Counted from the first letter of the stretch, positions 1 through 13,703 are shown. The stretch: DNA of 64,000 bases from an uncultured Chloroflexia bacterium (GCA_963707215.1 CAVPPB010000001.1:128001-192000), one strand, 5' to 3'. Translations and numbers: made by a program. The notes: generated from the sequence alone by a model not told the origin.

Positions 1-1222
1 GGCCAACCCGGTCGTCCTCGACGAGCGTGCGGCCGAGGGTCGGATCAAGGACCTGGCCGCCCAGTTCGGCTTCGAGATCGACCCGCGGGCGATCGTCGGC
101 GAGCTGTCGGTCGGGATGCAGCAGCGGGTCGAGATCCTCAAGGCCCTCTACCGCGACGCCAGGATCCTCATCCTCGACGAGCCGACGGCGGTCCTGACGC
201 CCCAGGAGACCGTCGAGATCTTCGCGGTCCTGCGACGGCTGGCGGCCGAGGGCACCAGCATCATCTTCATCAGCCACAAGCTCTACGAGGTCCTCGAGAT
301 CGCCGACCGGATCACCGTCATCCGGCGCGGCAAGGTCGTCGGCCAGGCCGACCCGAAGACGGCGACCGAGGAGCAGCTCGCCGAGATGATGGTCGGCCGG
401 GAGGTCTCGCTGACCGTCACCAAGGGACCCGCGAAGGTCGGCGAGACCGTCCTCGCGGTGGACGACCTCCACGCGGCCGACGACCGCGGCAGCGAGGTGG
501 TCCGGGGCTGCTCGTTCGAGGTCCGGTCAGGCGAGATCCTCGGCATCGCCGGGGTCGCCGGTAACGGCCAGGCCGAGCTCGTCGAGGCGCTCGTCGGGCT
601 CCGCAAGACGCGGTCGGGATCGATCACCCTGGGCGGTGACGTCGTTACCCAGGCCTCCGTCCGTGACCTGACCGCGCGGGGGGTGGCCTACATCCCGGCC
701 GACCGCCAGCGGTTCGGGCTCGTCCTCTCGTATCCGGTCGACGACAACCTCGTCCTGACCGACTACCACCGGGCACCGTACTCGAGGTTCGGCGTCCTCA
801 ACCAACGTGCCATCAGCGAACGGGCGAGCGAGCTCATCCCGGCCTTCGACATCCGTACCCCGTCGGCCGTGGTGCCGGCGGCGACCCTGTCCGGCGGGAA
901 CCAGCAGAAGGTCATCGTGGCCCGCGAGTTCAGCCGGGAGATCAGCCTCCTCGTGGCCGACCAGCCGACCCGGGGGCTCGACGTCGGCTCGATCGAGTTC
1001 ATCCACAAGCAGATCATCGCCAAGCGCGATGCCGGCGTCGCTGTGCTCCTCGTCTCGGCTGAGCTCGACGAGATCCTCGAGCTCAGCGATCGCATCGCGG
1101 TCATGTACCGGGGTCAGCTCGTGGCCACGGTCGACGCCGCCGGCGCGGAGAAGGAGCGGATCGGGCTGATGATGGCCACCGGCCAGGCCGGTGGGTCCGA
1201 CGGCGCGGAGGTCCAGCCATGA
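1..1222 (+). CDS. Sugar/nucleoside (CUT2-type) ABC transporter ATP-binding protein, 5' truncated by window edge
   Basis: Two ABC modules: LSVGMQQRVEILKAL..ILILDEPT and LSGGNQQKVIVARE..DQPTRGLD. The frame is open to the window start. Confidence 0.93.
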   Translation, partial: ANPVVLDERAAEGRIKDLAAQFGFEIDPRAIVGELSVGMQQRVEILKALYRDARILILDEPTAVLTPQETVEIFAVLRRLAAEGTSIIFISHKLYEVLEIADRITVIRRGKVVGQADPKTATEEQLAEMMVGREVSLTVTKGPAKVGETVLAVDDLHAADDRGSEVVRGCSFEVRSGEILGIAGVAGNGQAELVEALVGLRKTRSGSITLGGDVVTQASVRDLTARGVAYIPADRQRFGLVLSYPVDDNLVLTDYHRAPYSRFGVLNQRAISERASELIPAFDIRTPSAVVPAATLSGGNQQKVIVAREFSREISLLVADQPTRGLDVGSIEFIHKQIIAKRDAGVAVLLVSAELDEILELSDRIAVMYRGQLVATVDAAGAEKERIGLMMATGQAGGSDGAEVQP

Positions 1223-2379
1223 CCGAGCAGAGCGGTGGGGGCGGCACCGGCGGGATGAGCCTGAACCCGACCGCCCTCCTCGGGGCGGGCGCTGGGCTCC
1301 GTCAGCAGCTCATCGGCACGACGATCGCGGTCCTCCTGGGACTGCTCGTCGGGGCGGCCCTGATCCTCCTCTCGAGCGCCCTGTCCGACGAGGGTTTCGA
1401 CCCGTTCCTGCCGATCACGGCCTATTGGGCGCTGCTGGAAGGATCGCTCGGGAGTCTTCGAGGCATCGGGAACGTGGCCAACGTCATGACGCCGCTCATC
1501 CTGGTCGGCCTGTCGGTGGCGTTCGCGTTCCGGGCTGGTCTCTTCAACATCGGCGCCCAGGGTCAGTTCTTCGTCGGCGCCTTCGTGGCATCCCTCGCCG
1601 GCGCGTCGATCGGCCTCCCCTTCCCCCTGGCGGTCCTCGCCGCCCTGTTCATCGGGTTCCTGGGCGGCGCGTTCTGGGGCTTCATCCCGGGCTTCCTCAA
1701 GGCCTGGCGCGGCGCCCACGAGGTCGTCGTCACGATCATGCTGAACTCGATCGCCGCGCTCGGCCTGAACCTGCTGGCCAGCACGCTGTTCAAGGACCCG
1801 GTCGCGACCTTCCCGCGGACCCCGGATATCCGGCCGGAGGCGGTCCTGCCCATCCTCCTCGACGACACCAGGATGCACGCCGGGATCATCGTCGCCCTGG
1901 TCACCGCGGTCGTCGTCTGGTTCCTGCTCTTCAAGTCGACCCTGGGGATGGATATCCGGACGACCGGCTCCAACCCCAACGCCGCCCGCTACGCGGGTAT
2001 CCGGCCGGCCGCGATCATCGTCCTGACGATGAGCATCGCAGGCGGCCTCGCCGGGCTGGGCGGGGCCGTGGAGACGCTCGGCATCACCAAGAACTACCCG
2101 GCCGAGTACAACACCACCTACGGCTTCGACGGCATCGCCGTCGCCCTGCTGGGCCGGGCCCACCCGTTCGGCGTCGTCGGGGCGGCGCTGTTGTTCGGGA
2201 TCCTCCGGGCGGGAGCCGGGTCGATGCAGCGGGCCACCGACATCCCGGTCGACATCATCGTCATCGTGCAGGGCGCGATCATCCTGTTCGTGGCCGCGGA
2301 ACCGTTCCTGAGGCGGGTCTGGACCAGGCGCCGCAAGGCCGCCCCCGTCGGGGCGGCCCCGGCCGGGAGCCCGGCATGA
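1219..2379 (+). CDS. Nucleoside/sugar ABC transporter permease (NupB-like)
   Basis: Hydrophobic ORF with GLFNIGAQGQ and GFDGIAVALLG motifs; overlaps upstream stop (ATGA). Confidence 0.9.
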   Translation: MTEQSGGGGTGGMSLNPTALLGAGAGLRQQLIGTTIAVLLGLLVGAALILLSSALSDEGFDPFLPITAYWALLEGSLGSLRGIGNVANVMTPLILVGLSVAFAFRAGLFNIGAQGQFFVGAFVASLAGASIGLPFPLAVLAALFIGFLGGAFWGFIPGFLKAWRGAHEVVVTIMLNSIAALGLNLLASTLFKDPVATFPRTPDIRPEAVLPILLDDTRMHAGIIVALVTAVVVWFLLFKSTLGMDIRTTGSNPNAARYAGIRPAAIIVLTMSIAGGLAGLGGAVETLGITKNYPAEYNTTYGFDGIAVALLGRAHPFGVVGAALLFGILRAGAGSMQRATDIPVDIIVIVQGAIILFVAAEPFLRRVWTRRRKAAPVGAAPAGSPA

Positions 2380-3506
2380 GCGCCGCGACCGCCGCCATCG
2401 GCCGGGCCCGCCCGGCGGTCGGCCGGGGCTGGCTCATCACGATCGGCGTCACCGTCGGGTTCCTCGTCCTGCTGATCGCCCTGGGTTACGGCCCGGCGCT
2501 CTGGGACCTCCTCATCTGGTTCATCGACTTCCTGCTGACCCGCCCGTACATCATCCTGGGCTTCGCCGTGCCGATCGGCTACGGCGCCCTCTGCGGCGTC
2601 ATGAACGAGCGCTCGGCCGTCGTCAACATCGGCATCGAGGGGATGATCCTCTCGTCGGCCTTCACCGGCTTCCTCACCGGCGCCTACCTTCACCCGGTGA
2701 TCGGCGACGTCCCGGCGGCGCTGCTGGGAATCGTCGTGGCGATCATCACCTCGATGCTCCTGTCGGCGCTCCACGCCTGGCTCTCGGTCACGGTCATGGC
2801 CGACCAGATCATCAGCGGCACCGTGATCAACATCCTGGCCCTCGGCGGGACGGCCTACTTCAACCAGCTGCTCATCTCGACCGCCGGTGTCTCGGGCGCC
2901 TCGACCCTGAAGGGCCTGACCCTCCCTTCGGAGATCCTCGCGATCCCGATCCTGGGACCGCTGGTCAACGCCGTCTTCGGCCAGGGGCCGATCCAGGCAA
3001 GCCTGATCTTCGCGGTGATCTTCCTGCAGTTCATGCTCTTCCGGTCCCGATGGGGCCTTCGCACGCGGGCGGTCGGCGAGCATCCTCAGGCAGCCGACAC
3101 GGTCGGCATCAACGTGTTCTTCACCCGCTACCGGAACGTCATCCTGGGCGGGGTCTTCGCCGGCCTCGCCGGGGCCTACCTGACGCTGGAGTCGGTCGGC
3201 TCGTTCCAGGACGGGATGACGGCCGGGGTCGGGTTCATCGCCCTGGCGGCGATGATCTTCGGCCGCTGGACACCGATCGGGGCCTTCGTGGCGGCGCTCA
3301 TCTTCGGCGGGGCGCGCACGCTGGGCCAGGCGGTCCAGATCTCGGCACCGCCGGGTGAGATCGGGGCCTGGATCGCGACCTGGCCGGCCCAGATCTTCGG
3401 GATGTTCCCCTACATCCTGACGATCATCATCCTGGCCGGCGTCGTCGGTCGGGCGATCCCGCCCGCCGCCGACGGGATCCCGTACGACAAGGAGTCGCGC
3501 GGCTGA
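2376..3506 (+). CDS. Nucleoside/sugar ABC transporter permease (NupC-like)
   Basis: NERSAVVNIGIEG, GLRTRAVGEHPQAA and GFIALAAMIFGRW motifs; ATG at 2376 overlaps upstream TGA. Confidence 0.9.
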   Translation: MSAATAAIGRARPAVGRGWLITIGVTVGFLVLLIALGYGPALWDLLIWFIDFLLTRPYIILGFAVPIGYGALCGVMNERSAVVNIGIEGMILSSAFTGFLTGAYLHPVIGDVPAALLGIVVAIITSMLLSALHAWLSVTVMADQIISGTVINILALGGTAYFNQLLISTAGVSGASTLKGLTLPSEILAIPILGPLVNAVFGQGPIQASLIFAVIFLQFMLFRSRWGLRTRAVGEHPQAADTVGINVFFTRYRNVILGGVFAGLAGAYLTLESVGSFQDGMTAGVGFIALAAMIFGRWTPIGAFVAALIFGGARTLGQAVQISAPPGEIGAWIATWPAQIFGMFPYILTIIILAGVVGRAIPPAADGIPYDKESRG

Positions 3507-3574
3507 CCGACGAGCGGCGCGCCGAGCTGGAGCGGGCCCGAGCCTTCCTGGACCTCCAGGAGGGACGCGGGCCC

Positions 3575-3994
3575 GTGCCGCTCCTCGACGATGACGGCAT
3601 CGTGGCCCTGCTCGGGGCTGCCCGCCGGATCGCCATCGTGGGCGCCTCGGCCGACCCGAGTCGCCCGTCGCACGGCGTCATGGCGACCCTGCTCCGGGCC
3701 GGCTACGAGTGCGTACCGGTCAACCCGCGGGAGCGGGAGATCCTGGGCGCGGCCGCCTACCCCACCCTGGCCGACGCGGTCGAGGCCGGCGGACCGTTCG
3801 ACATCGTCGACGTCTTCCGGCGGGCCGAGCTCTGCCCGCCCCACGCCGAGGAAGCCGTTGCGGTCGGTGCCGGCTGCCTGTGGCTCCAGCTGGGCATCGT
3901 CAGCTGGGAGGCAGCCCGGATCGCCTATGACGGCGGCCTGGCCGTCGTCATGGACCGCTGCACCGCGATCGAGATCCGTCGGATCGGCCGCTGA
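3575..3994 (+). CDS. CoA-binding protein (YccU family)
   Basis: IAIVGAS..RPS, PVNP, DIVDVFRR, WLQLGI, VVMDRC motifs. Confidence 0.9.
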   Translation: MPLLDDDGIVALLGAARRIAIVGASADPSRPSHGVMATLLRAGYECVPVNPREREILGAAAYPTLADAVEAGGPFDIVDVFRRAELCPPHAEEAVAVGAGCLWLQLGIVSWEAARIAYDGGLAVVMDRCTAIEIRRIGR

Positions 3995-4072
3995 AGGCCC
4001 CTGGACCCGGTCCGCAGGATCGCGCGGCGGGCCCAGGCCGCCGAGGCCGACGACGACCGCCGGCCGCCCCGG

Positions 4073-4345
4073 TCAGCGGACCAGGAAGCCGACGAACACC
4101 AGGACGAAGCCGACGACGGCGATGGCCGCACCGGTCCGGGCCTGGCGCCGAAGCAGCTCCATGGCCACCGAAGCCCCGGTCTTCTCGTCGCTGCGGGGCC
4201 CACCCCGCCAGGCCTCGTAGCGGGCGACGTTCTCGTCCTGGGCCTTGAGCGCCTGATAGCGGCGCCAGGGCTCGCGGGCCCGCAGATAGCCGACCACGAT
4301 GAGGACGATCCCGACCCCCCACAGGACGAGGTTCAGCGGCCCCAT
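4073..4345 (-). CDS. Small hypothetical membrane protein (2 TM)
   Basis: 90 aa, hydrophobic N- and C-terminal segments; starts 1 nt after the gatB stop. Confidence 0.7.
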   Translation of the reverse strand: MGPLNLVLWGVGIVLIVVGYLRAREPWRRYQALKAQDENVARYEAWRGGPRSDEKTGASVAMELLRRQARTGAAIAVVGFVLVFVGFLVR

Positions 4346-4346
4346 G

Positions 4347-5855
4347 TCAGCCCTCCTCTCCGGTCCCGAGGCGGTCGCGAAGCGTCGCCTGGACGAGCGC
4401 GGCGTTGGCCTGGCCCCGGGTCGCCTTCATGACCTGGCCCACGAGGAACCCGACGGCCTGGGCCTTGCCCGCCCGGTAGTCGGCGATCGCCGCCGGGTTC
4501 GCGGCCAGGACCTGATCGACGACGGCACCCAGGGCATCGACGTCGGAGATCTGGCGCAGCCCTCGCGCATCGATGATGGCCCCGACGGGAGACCCGTCGG
4601 CGACATGCTCGTCGAAGACCTCGCGGGCGTTGGGCCGCGAGAGCTCCCCGGCGACGACGCGCCGGAGCAGATCGGCCAGCTCGCCGGCCCTGGCCCGGCC
4701 CACCAGGCCATCGGGCCCGCGCGCTGCGCTCGCCTTGGTCACCCGCCCGTAGTCGCCCGTCACCAGGTTCGCGACCTCCTTGGCCGGCAGCGCTCCATCG
4801 GCCGCCAGGATCGCGTCGAAGGCGAGCGAGTAGGTCGGATCGGCGACGAGGACCGCGGCGTCGTACGCCGACAGACCGAGCTCATCGCGGTAGCGGGCCC
4901 GGCGGGCACTCGGCAGCTCGGGCAACCGCCCCAGGATCGTCGAAAGCCAGGCCGCATCCACCACCAGGGGTGGCAGGTCAGGCTCGGGGAAGTAGCGGTA
5001 GTCGTCCGAGGTCTCCTTCACCCGCATCCGGTAGGTCGCCTGGCGGCCGTCATCCCAGCCCCGGGTCTCCTGGACGAGCAACTCTCCGGCGTCGAGGGCG
5101 GCCGCCTGGCGCTCGATCTCGAAGCCGATCGCCCGCTCGACGGCCCGGAAGGAGTTCATGTTCTTGACCTCGACCCGGGTCCCGAACGCCTCCGTGCCGC
5201 GGGATCGGATCGAGATGTTCGCCTCGACCCGCATCTGGCCGCGCTCCATGTCGGCGTCCGATGCCCCGATGGCCCGGAGCAGCAGCTGGAGCTCCTCGGC
5301 GTAGCGGCGGGCCTGCTCGGCGGTCCGCAGGTCCGGCTCGGTGACGATCTCCATGAGCGGGGCGCCCGACCGGTTGAAGTCGACGAGCGAGACTCGTCGC
5401 CCGCCAGCCTCGGCATGGATGAGCTTGGCCGTGTCCTCCTCGAGATGGGCTCGCCGGATCCGGATCTCGCAGGGTCCGTCGGAAGTGTCGACGACGAGCC
5501 GACCATCGGCCGCAAGAGGGATCTCGTACTGGCTGATCTGGTAGCCCTTGGGGAGATCCGGGTAGAAGTAGTTCTTGCGCTCCCAGCGGGTGGTGCCCGG
5601 GATCGTGGCCTCGATCGCCTCGCCGGTCGCGATGACGTGCTCGACGGCGCGGCGGTTGATCGTCGGCAGGGCCCCCGGGAGACCCAGGCAGACCGGGCAG
5701 ACGCGGGTGTTCGGCGGGGCGCCGTCATAGTCGGTCGCGCAGCCGCAGAACATCTTGCTGACGGTCCGCAGCTGGCAGTGGACCTCGATGCCGATGACCG
5801 CCTCGTAGCGATCGAGGACGCTCGGGGCAGGAGTCGTGGTGGTCGGGCCGGTCAT
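4347..5855 (-). CDS. gatB: Asp/Glu-tRNA amidotransferase subunit B
   Basis: YEAVIGIEVHCQL, CPVCLGLPGALP, RKNYFYPDLPKGYQISQY, YRYFPEPDLPP. Confidence 0.97.
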   Translation of the reverse strand: MTGPTTTTPAPSVLDRYEAVIGIEVHCQLRTVSKMFCGCATDYDGAPPNTRVCPVCLGLPGALPTINRRAVEHVIATGEAIEATIPGTTRWERKNYFYPDLPKGYQISQYEIPLAADGRLVVDTSDGPCEIRIRRAHLEEDTAKLIHAEAGGRRVSLVDFNRSGAPLMEIVTEPDLRTAEQARRYAEELQLLLRAIGASDADMERGQMRVEANISIRSRGTEAFGTRVEVKNMNSFRAVERAIGFEIERQAAALDAGELLVQETRGWDDGRQATYRMRVKETSDDYRYFPEPDLPPLVVDAAWLSTILGRLPELPSARRARYRDELGLSAYDAAVLVADPTYSLAFDAILAADGALPAKEVANLVTGDYGRVTKASAARGPDGLVGRARAGELADLLRRVVAGELSRPNAREVFDEHVADGSPVGAIIDARGLRQISDVDALGAVVDQVLAANPAAIADYRAGKAQAVGFLVGQVMKATRGQANAALVQATLRDRLGTGEEG

Positions 5856-7081
5856 ACCGTGCTGCTCGCCTCGATCGCCGCTGCCTCCTCGCGAGCTCGT
5901 TCGACGAAGCGGCCGATCCGCCGCAGCGCCTCCTCGAGCTGTTCGTACGACGTGGCGTAGCACATCCGGACGTGCCCCTCGCCCGACGGCCCGAAGGCGC
6001 TGCCGGGCACGACGGCGACCCGCTCCTCCGTGAGCAGCCGCTCCGTGAACGTCTCGCTGTCGAGACCGGTCTCGGCGATCCGCGGGAAGGCATAGAACGC
6101 CCCCCTCGGCTCGAACGTCTCAAGGCCCACCGAGTTGAGCCCGTCGACGAGGAGCCGTCGCCTCGTGTCGTACTCGGCCACCATCGCCTCGACCGCCGGC
6201 TCGCCGTCGCGGAGGGCGATCAGGGCTGCGTCCTGGGCGGTCGTCGGGGCGGACATGATCCCGTACTGGTGGACCTTCACGATGCCCTCGAGGATGGGGG
6301 CCGGGGCACAGAGCCAGCCGACCCGCCAGCCGGTCATCGCGTAGGCCTTGCTGAAGCCGCCCATGAGGATCGTCCGCTCCCGCATCCCCGGCAGCGAGCT
6401 GAAGGCGCGGTGGGTGTACGTCCCGTAGGCCAGGCGATCGTAGATCTCATCGCTGTAGACGAGGAGGTCGTGGCGCTCGGCGATGGCGGCCAGCTCGTCC
6501 TGGACGTCCGGCGGCAGAACGGCCCCGGTCGGATTGCAGGGATAGCCCAGGAAGAGGGCCTTGGTCCGCGGCGTGACAGCCGCCTCGACGGCCGCCGGGT
6601 CGAGGGCGAAGTCGTCCTCGAAACGGGTCGGCACGGCCCTGACGACCCCGCCGGCGAAGACGACGGCCGGCACGTAGGCCACGTACGAGGGCTCGTGGAG
6701 GATGACCTCGTCCCCCGGGTCACAGGTCGCCCGGAGGGCCAGGTCAACGGCCTCGGATGCGCCGACGGTGACCAGGATCTCGGTCGCCGGGTCGTAGCGG
6801 ACACCGTAGCGACGCTCCAGGTGCCCGGCCAGGGCGCGGCGGAGCTCGAGGGTCCCGTAGTTGCTGGTGTAGTGGGTCCGACCCTCGCGGAGGCTCTCGA
6901 CGCCGGCCTCGACGATCTCCCGGGGCGTGTCGAAGTCAGGCTCCCCCACCCCCAGGCTGATGACGTCGTCCATCGTCGCCAGGATGTCGAAGAAGCGGCG
7001 GATACCGGACGGGGGCACGGCCCGGACGCGCTCGGCAAGCGCTCGCTCGGCGAGCGGCGGACGAGGCTCGTGGGTCGACAT
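5852..7081 (-). CDS. PLP-dependent class I/II aminotransferase
   Basis: SLGVGEPDF, YPCNPTG, SDEIYD, GFSKAYAMTGWRVG (PLP lysine). Confidence 0.93.
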   Translation of the reverse strand: MSTHEPRPPLAERALAERVRAVPPSGIRRFFDILATMDDVISLGVGEPDFDTPREIVEAGVESLREGRTHYTSNYGTLELRRALAGHLERRYGVRYDPATEILVTVGASEAVDLALRATCDPGDEVILHEPSYVAYVPAVVFAGGVVRAVPTRFEDDFALDPAAVEAAVTPRTKALFLGYPCNPTGAVLPPDVQDELAAIAERHDLLVYSDEIYDRLAYGTYTHRAFSSLPGMRERTILMGGFSKAYAMTGWRVGWLCAPAPILEGIVKVHQYGIMSAPTTAQDAALIALRDGEPAVEAMVAEYDTRRRLLVDGLNSVGLETFEPRGAFYAFPRIAETGLDSETFTERLLTEERVAVVPGSAFGPSGEGHVRMCYATSYEQLEEALRRIGRFVERAREEAAAIEASSTV

Positions 7082-7092
7082 CGACGGCTCCT

Positions 7093-8694
7093 TCAGTGGG
7101 CCCCGGCAAGCGTCGCGGCTCGCTCGGCAGGCGTCGGTGCGGAGGGGTCGGCGGCCCGGGCCAGCCCGGCCGGCTCGAGGCGTCGCCAGTCGGCGTCGGC
7201 GGTGATGGCTTCGTATCCGCGGGCGACCCGGAGGAGCTCGAGCTCGCGCCAGGGTCCGCCGATGAACTGGAGGCCCACCGGCAGGCCGTCCGACAGCCCC
7301 GCCGGGACCGAGACGCCGGGCAGGCCGGCCATGTTGACCGGCAGGGTGCAGGCATCGGACAGGTACATCGAGACGGGATCCGCCATCCGCGCCCCGAAGC
7401 GGAAGGCGACCGTGGCGCTGGTCGGGGCAATGAGCGCATCGACGCCGCTGGCCCATGCCGCGTCGAAGTCGCCCCGGATGAGCGTCCGGACCTTCTGGGC
7501 CTTGAGGTAGTAGGCGTCGTAGTAGCCGGCCGACAGAGCGTACGTCCCGAGCATGACCCGGCGCTTGACCTCGGCCCCGAAGCCCTGGCCGCGGGTGGCC
7601 AGGTAGCCGGCCAGGACGTCCCCGTCGCCGCCCAGGCGGGGCCCGTAGCGGATGCCGTCGTAGCGGGCGAGGTTGGCCGAGGCCTCGGCCGGCGCCACGA
7701 TGTAGTAGGTCGCCAGGCCGTACTCCGTGTGGGGCAGGCTGACCTCCTCGACGGTGGCCCCGGCCGCCTCCAGGGCGGCCACGGCCGCGTGGACCGCCGC
7801 CTCCACGCCGGGCTCCATCCCCGGCACGAAGTACTCGCGCGGGAGCCCGAGCCGCAGGCCACGCAGGACGGAGGCGGCTTCGTCGTCCGAGGCCGGCAGG
7901 GCAAGGAGCTCGTCGGGCACCGGCTCGGGCGACGACGTCGAGTCGCGGTCGTCGCGTCCGGCGACCGCGTGGAGCAGCGCCGCGGCGTCCCGGACGTCCC
8001 GGGCGAACGGCCCGATCTGGTCGAGCGACGAGGCGAAGGCGACGATCCCGTAGCGGCTGACGCGCCCATAGGTCGGCTTCATGCCGACGATCCCGGTCAG
8101 TGCCGCGGGCTGGCGGATCGAGCCACCCGTGTCAGTCCCGATCGCCAGCGGCGCCTGGAAGGCCGCCACGGCCGCCGCGGAGCCGCCGCTGCTTCCGCCG
8201 GGCACCCGGTCGAGGGCCCAGGGGTTGGCCGTCGGGCCGAAGGCGCTGTGCTCGGTCGACGAGCCCATGGCGAACTCGTCCATGTTCGTCTTGCCCAGGA
8301 TGACGGCGCCGACGGCCCGGAGCCGCTCGACGATGTGGGCGTCGTAGGGAGCCCGGTAGCCGTCAAGGATCCGCGAGCCGGCCGTGCACTGGCCCCCGGC
8401 GACCGAGACGAGGTCCTTGAGCCCGACCGGGATCCCATGCAGCAGGTGCAGGGACGCAAGGGCGGCCGGTCCGCTGCGGCGGGCCTCGGCGAGCAGGCCG
8501 TCGGCCGCATCGGCGGCGGCCAGGGCGCCCTGGTGGTCGAGGACGAGCCAGGCGTGGATCGCCCGGTCGGTCCGCTCGATCTCGGCCAGGTGGGCCTCGA
8601 CGAGCTCGCGCGAGCTGGTCGAGCCGTCGCGCAGCCGATCGGCCATCTCGTGGGCCGTCAGCCGCGTCGGTGCGGACGCCACCTCGGAGCTCAC
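7093..8694 (-). CDS. gatA: Asp/Glu-tRNA amidotransferase subunit A
   Basis: Amidase signature GKTNMDEFAMGSS, PGGSSGGSAAAV, GTDTGGSIRQPA; NLARYDGIRYG. Confidence 0.97.
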   Translation of the reverse strand: MSSEVASAPTRLTAHEMADRLRDGSTSSRELVEAHLAEIERTDRAIHAWLVLDHQGALAAADAADGLLAEARRSGPAALASLHLLHGIPVGLKDLVSVAGGQCTAGSRILDGYRAPYDAHIVERLRAVGAVILGKTNMDEFAMGSSTEHSAFGPTANPWALDRVPGGSSGGSAAAVAAFQAPLAIGTDTGGSIRQPAALTGIVGMKPTYGRVSRYGIVAFASSLDQIGPFARDVRDAAALLHAVAGRDDRDSTSSPEPVPDELLALPASDDEAASVLRGLRLGLPREYFVPGMEPGVEAAVHAAVAALEAAGATVEEVSLPHTEYGLATYYIVAPAEASANLARYDGIRYGPRLGGDGDVLAGYLATRGQGFGAEVKRRVMLGTYALSAGYYDAYYLKAQKVRTLIRGDFDAAWASGVDALIAPTSATVAFRFGARMADPVSMYLSDACTLPVNMAGLPGVSVPAGLSDGLPVGLQFIGGPWRELELLRVARGYEAITADADWRRLEPAGLARAADPSAPTPAERAATLAGAH

Positions 8695-8987
8695 TCCCCG
8701 CCCAGGATGGCCGGGACGACGATGAAGCTGTCGTCGGACTCGGCAGCGTTGCCGATGACGACGTCCTGGGGCAGCGAGGCGCCGGCGACGTCGTCGCGGA
8801 GGATGTTCTCGAGCTCGATCACCTGGGCCGTCGGCGGGATCGCCGTCGTGTCGAGTCGCGACAGGATCTCGTACTGGTCCAGGATGTGGTTCAGCTGGCC
8901 CTCGAGCCGGGAGAGCTCTTCCTCGGTCAGGCCCAGGCGAGCCAGGTGGGCGACGTGCTCGACGTCGCCGCGGGACAGGGTGGCCAT
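8691..8987 (-). CDS. gatC: Asp/Glu-tRNA amidotransferase subunit C
   Basis: VEHVAHLARL..LRDD..FIVVPAIL, directly upstream of gatA. Confidence 0.95.
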   Translation of the reverse strand: MATLSRGDVEHVAHLARLGLTEEELSRLEGQLNHILDQYEILSRLDTTAIPPTAQVIELENILRDDVAGASLPQDVVIGNAAESDDSFIVVPAILGGE

Positions 8988-9073
8988 GGCGGCGATGATA
9001 GCCGACCGACCGAGGCGGACCTGGAGGAGGCGCCCGTTTCGAGCGACTCGCATCGACCCGCTACCCTCCGCGG

Positions 9074-9931
9074 ATGACCGTGCGTATCCGACCGATGACG
9101 ACCGCCGACGTCGACGGGGCGACCGAGGCTCTGGTCCGCGGCGACTGGGGCGATCGCGGCGAGTGGTGGCGGTTCGTCGTCCGCCACCCAGGCTGCATCC
9201 CCTTCGTCGCCGTCGAGGTGGATGAGGTCATCGGGACGGGCGTCGGGACGGTCCACGGCACGGTCGGCTGGGTCGGCACGATCTACGTCGTCCCGGAGGT
9301 CCGCCGCCGAGGCATCGGACTCGAGCTGAGCCGGCTGGTCTGCGAGGGGCTCGAGGGGGCGGGCTGTCGGACGCTCGTCCTGGCGGCCACGCCCGAGGGA
9401 CGCGGAGCCTACGAGCGCCTCGGCTTCGAGGAGGTGAGCTGGTACCGGATGTTCGGCCGGGATGGGGTCGGGGCTACCGGGTCCGGCAAGTCAGCCGGGT
9501 CGCTCGCGGACCCGCGGATCCGGGCCGTGCGGACCGAGGACCTGCCGGCGATCGCGGCCCTCGACGCCGCCGTCACCGGGGAGGACCGGTCCGCGACGCT
9601 CCGCGCCTGCATCGGGACCCCCGGGAACCTCGTCCTCGAGGGCGCCGCGGGCGTGCTTGGGGGCTTCCTCCTTCGAGCTCCCTGGCACGGAGCCGCGCTC
9701 ATCGCGCCCGAGCCGGATGATGCGCTCGCCCTGCTCGACGCCCGGCTCCGGGACGCCGGTCCCGGTCATCCCGTCCGGGCCGGCATCCTCGAGGAGAACG
9801 AGGACGGCCGCCGCCGCCTGTCGGAGGCCGGGTTCGCGGAGCAGCGACGGATCGTCCGGATGCACCGCGGCGAGCCCCTCCGCTGGCGGCCCAAGGCGAT
9901 CTGGGGCCAGCTCGGCTTCGCCCTGGGCTGA
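9074..9931 (+). CDS. Tandem GNAT-family acetyltransferase
   Basis: VVPEVRRRGIG acetyl-CoA motif, YERLGF; a second degenerate GNAT half. Confidence 0.85.
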   Translation: MTVRIRPMTTADVDGATEALVRGDWGDRGEWWRFVVRHPGCIPFVAVEVDEVIGTGVGTVHGTVGWVGTIYVVPEVRRRGIGLELSRLVCEGLEGAGCRTLVLAATPEGRGAYERLGFEEVSWYRMFGRDGVGATGSGKSAGSLADPRIRAVRTEDLPAIAALDAAVTGEDRSATLRACIGTPGNLVLEGAAGVLGGFLLRAPWHGAALIAPEPDDALALLDARLRDAGPGHPVRAGILEENEDGRRRLSEAGFAEQRRIVRMHRGEPLRWRPKAIWGQLGFALG

Positions 9932-9952
9932 CCGGCGGCCGCCGGCAGGAGG

Positions 9953-10429
9953 CTAGGCTCCGGCGAACAGGTTGAGGCCGACGAGGTACCACGCGAGGCT
10001 GGCGACCCCGAGGCCGAATGCGAGCGCGCGGATCCCAAGATGCCTCTCGACCCGGCGCGGAGCCCGGTCAAGGAGCACGAAGACCGCGGCGATCGCCAGG
10101 AAGGGGATCCGGACGTCGCCCGCGAGCGTGCCCGCGACCGTCTCAAGGACACCGGAGAGGACCAGGAACCAGAGCGCGGTGCTCGCCACCGGGCGTCGCC
10201 AGGGCTCCCTGTTGAAGAGGCCGAACAGGGCGAGCACCGGCAGGGCGGCCGAGAGGAGGACCGCGATGAGGGCGACCGCGAGCCGGTCCGGAGCATCCTG
10301 GGCCATCGCCGGGAGCACGAACGCCGCCACCAGGGCGACGAGCAGGAGATCGAGCACGAGGATGACCTTCGCCAGCTGCTCGAAGCGACTGGCCAAGGGG
10401 GCCGCGACACCCTGCGTCTCGTCGTCCAT
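9953..10429 (-). CDS. Hypothetical multi-pass membrane protein
   Basis: About 5 hydrophobic segments; start MDDETQ assumed. Confidence 0.65.
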   Translation of the reverse strand: MDDETQGVAAPLASRFEQLAKVILVLDLLLVALVAAFVLPAMAQDAPDRLAVALIAVLLSAALPVLALFGLFNREPWRRPVASTALWFLVLSGVLETVAGTLAGDVRIPFLAIAAVFVLLDRAPRRVERHLGIRALAFGLGVASLAWYLVGLNLFAGA

Positions 10430-10496
10430 GCCCTGTCTTGATCCCTCCGCGGTCCGGTCTGCCTCGATGTCGAGCTGACGCTGATGCGTTGGCCCG

Positions 10497-13690
<3,194 letters not shown>

Positions 13691-13703
13691 GCCCGAGCAG
13701 ACC

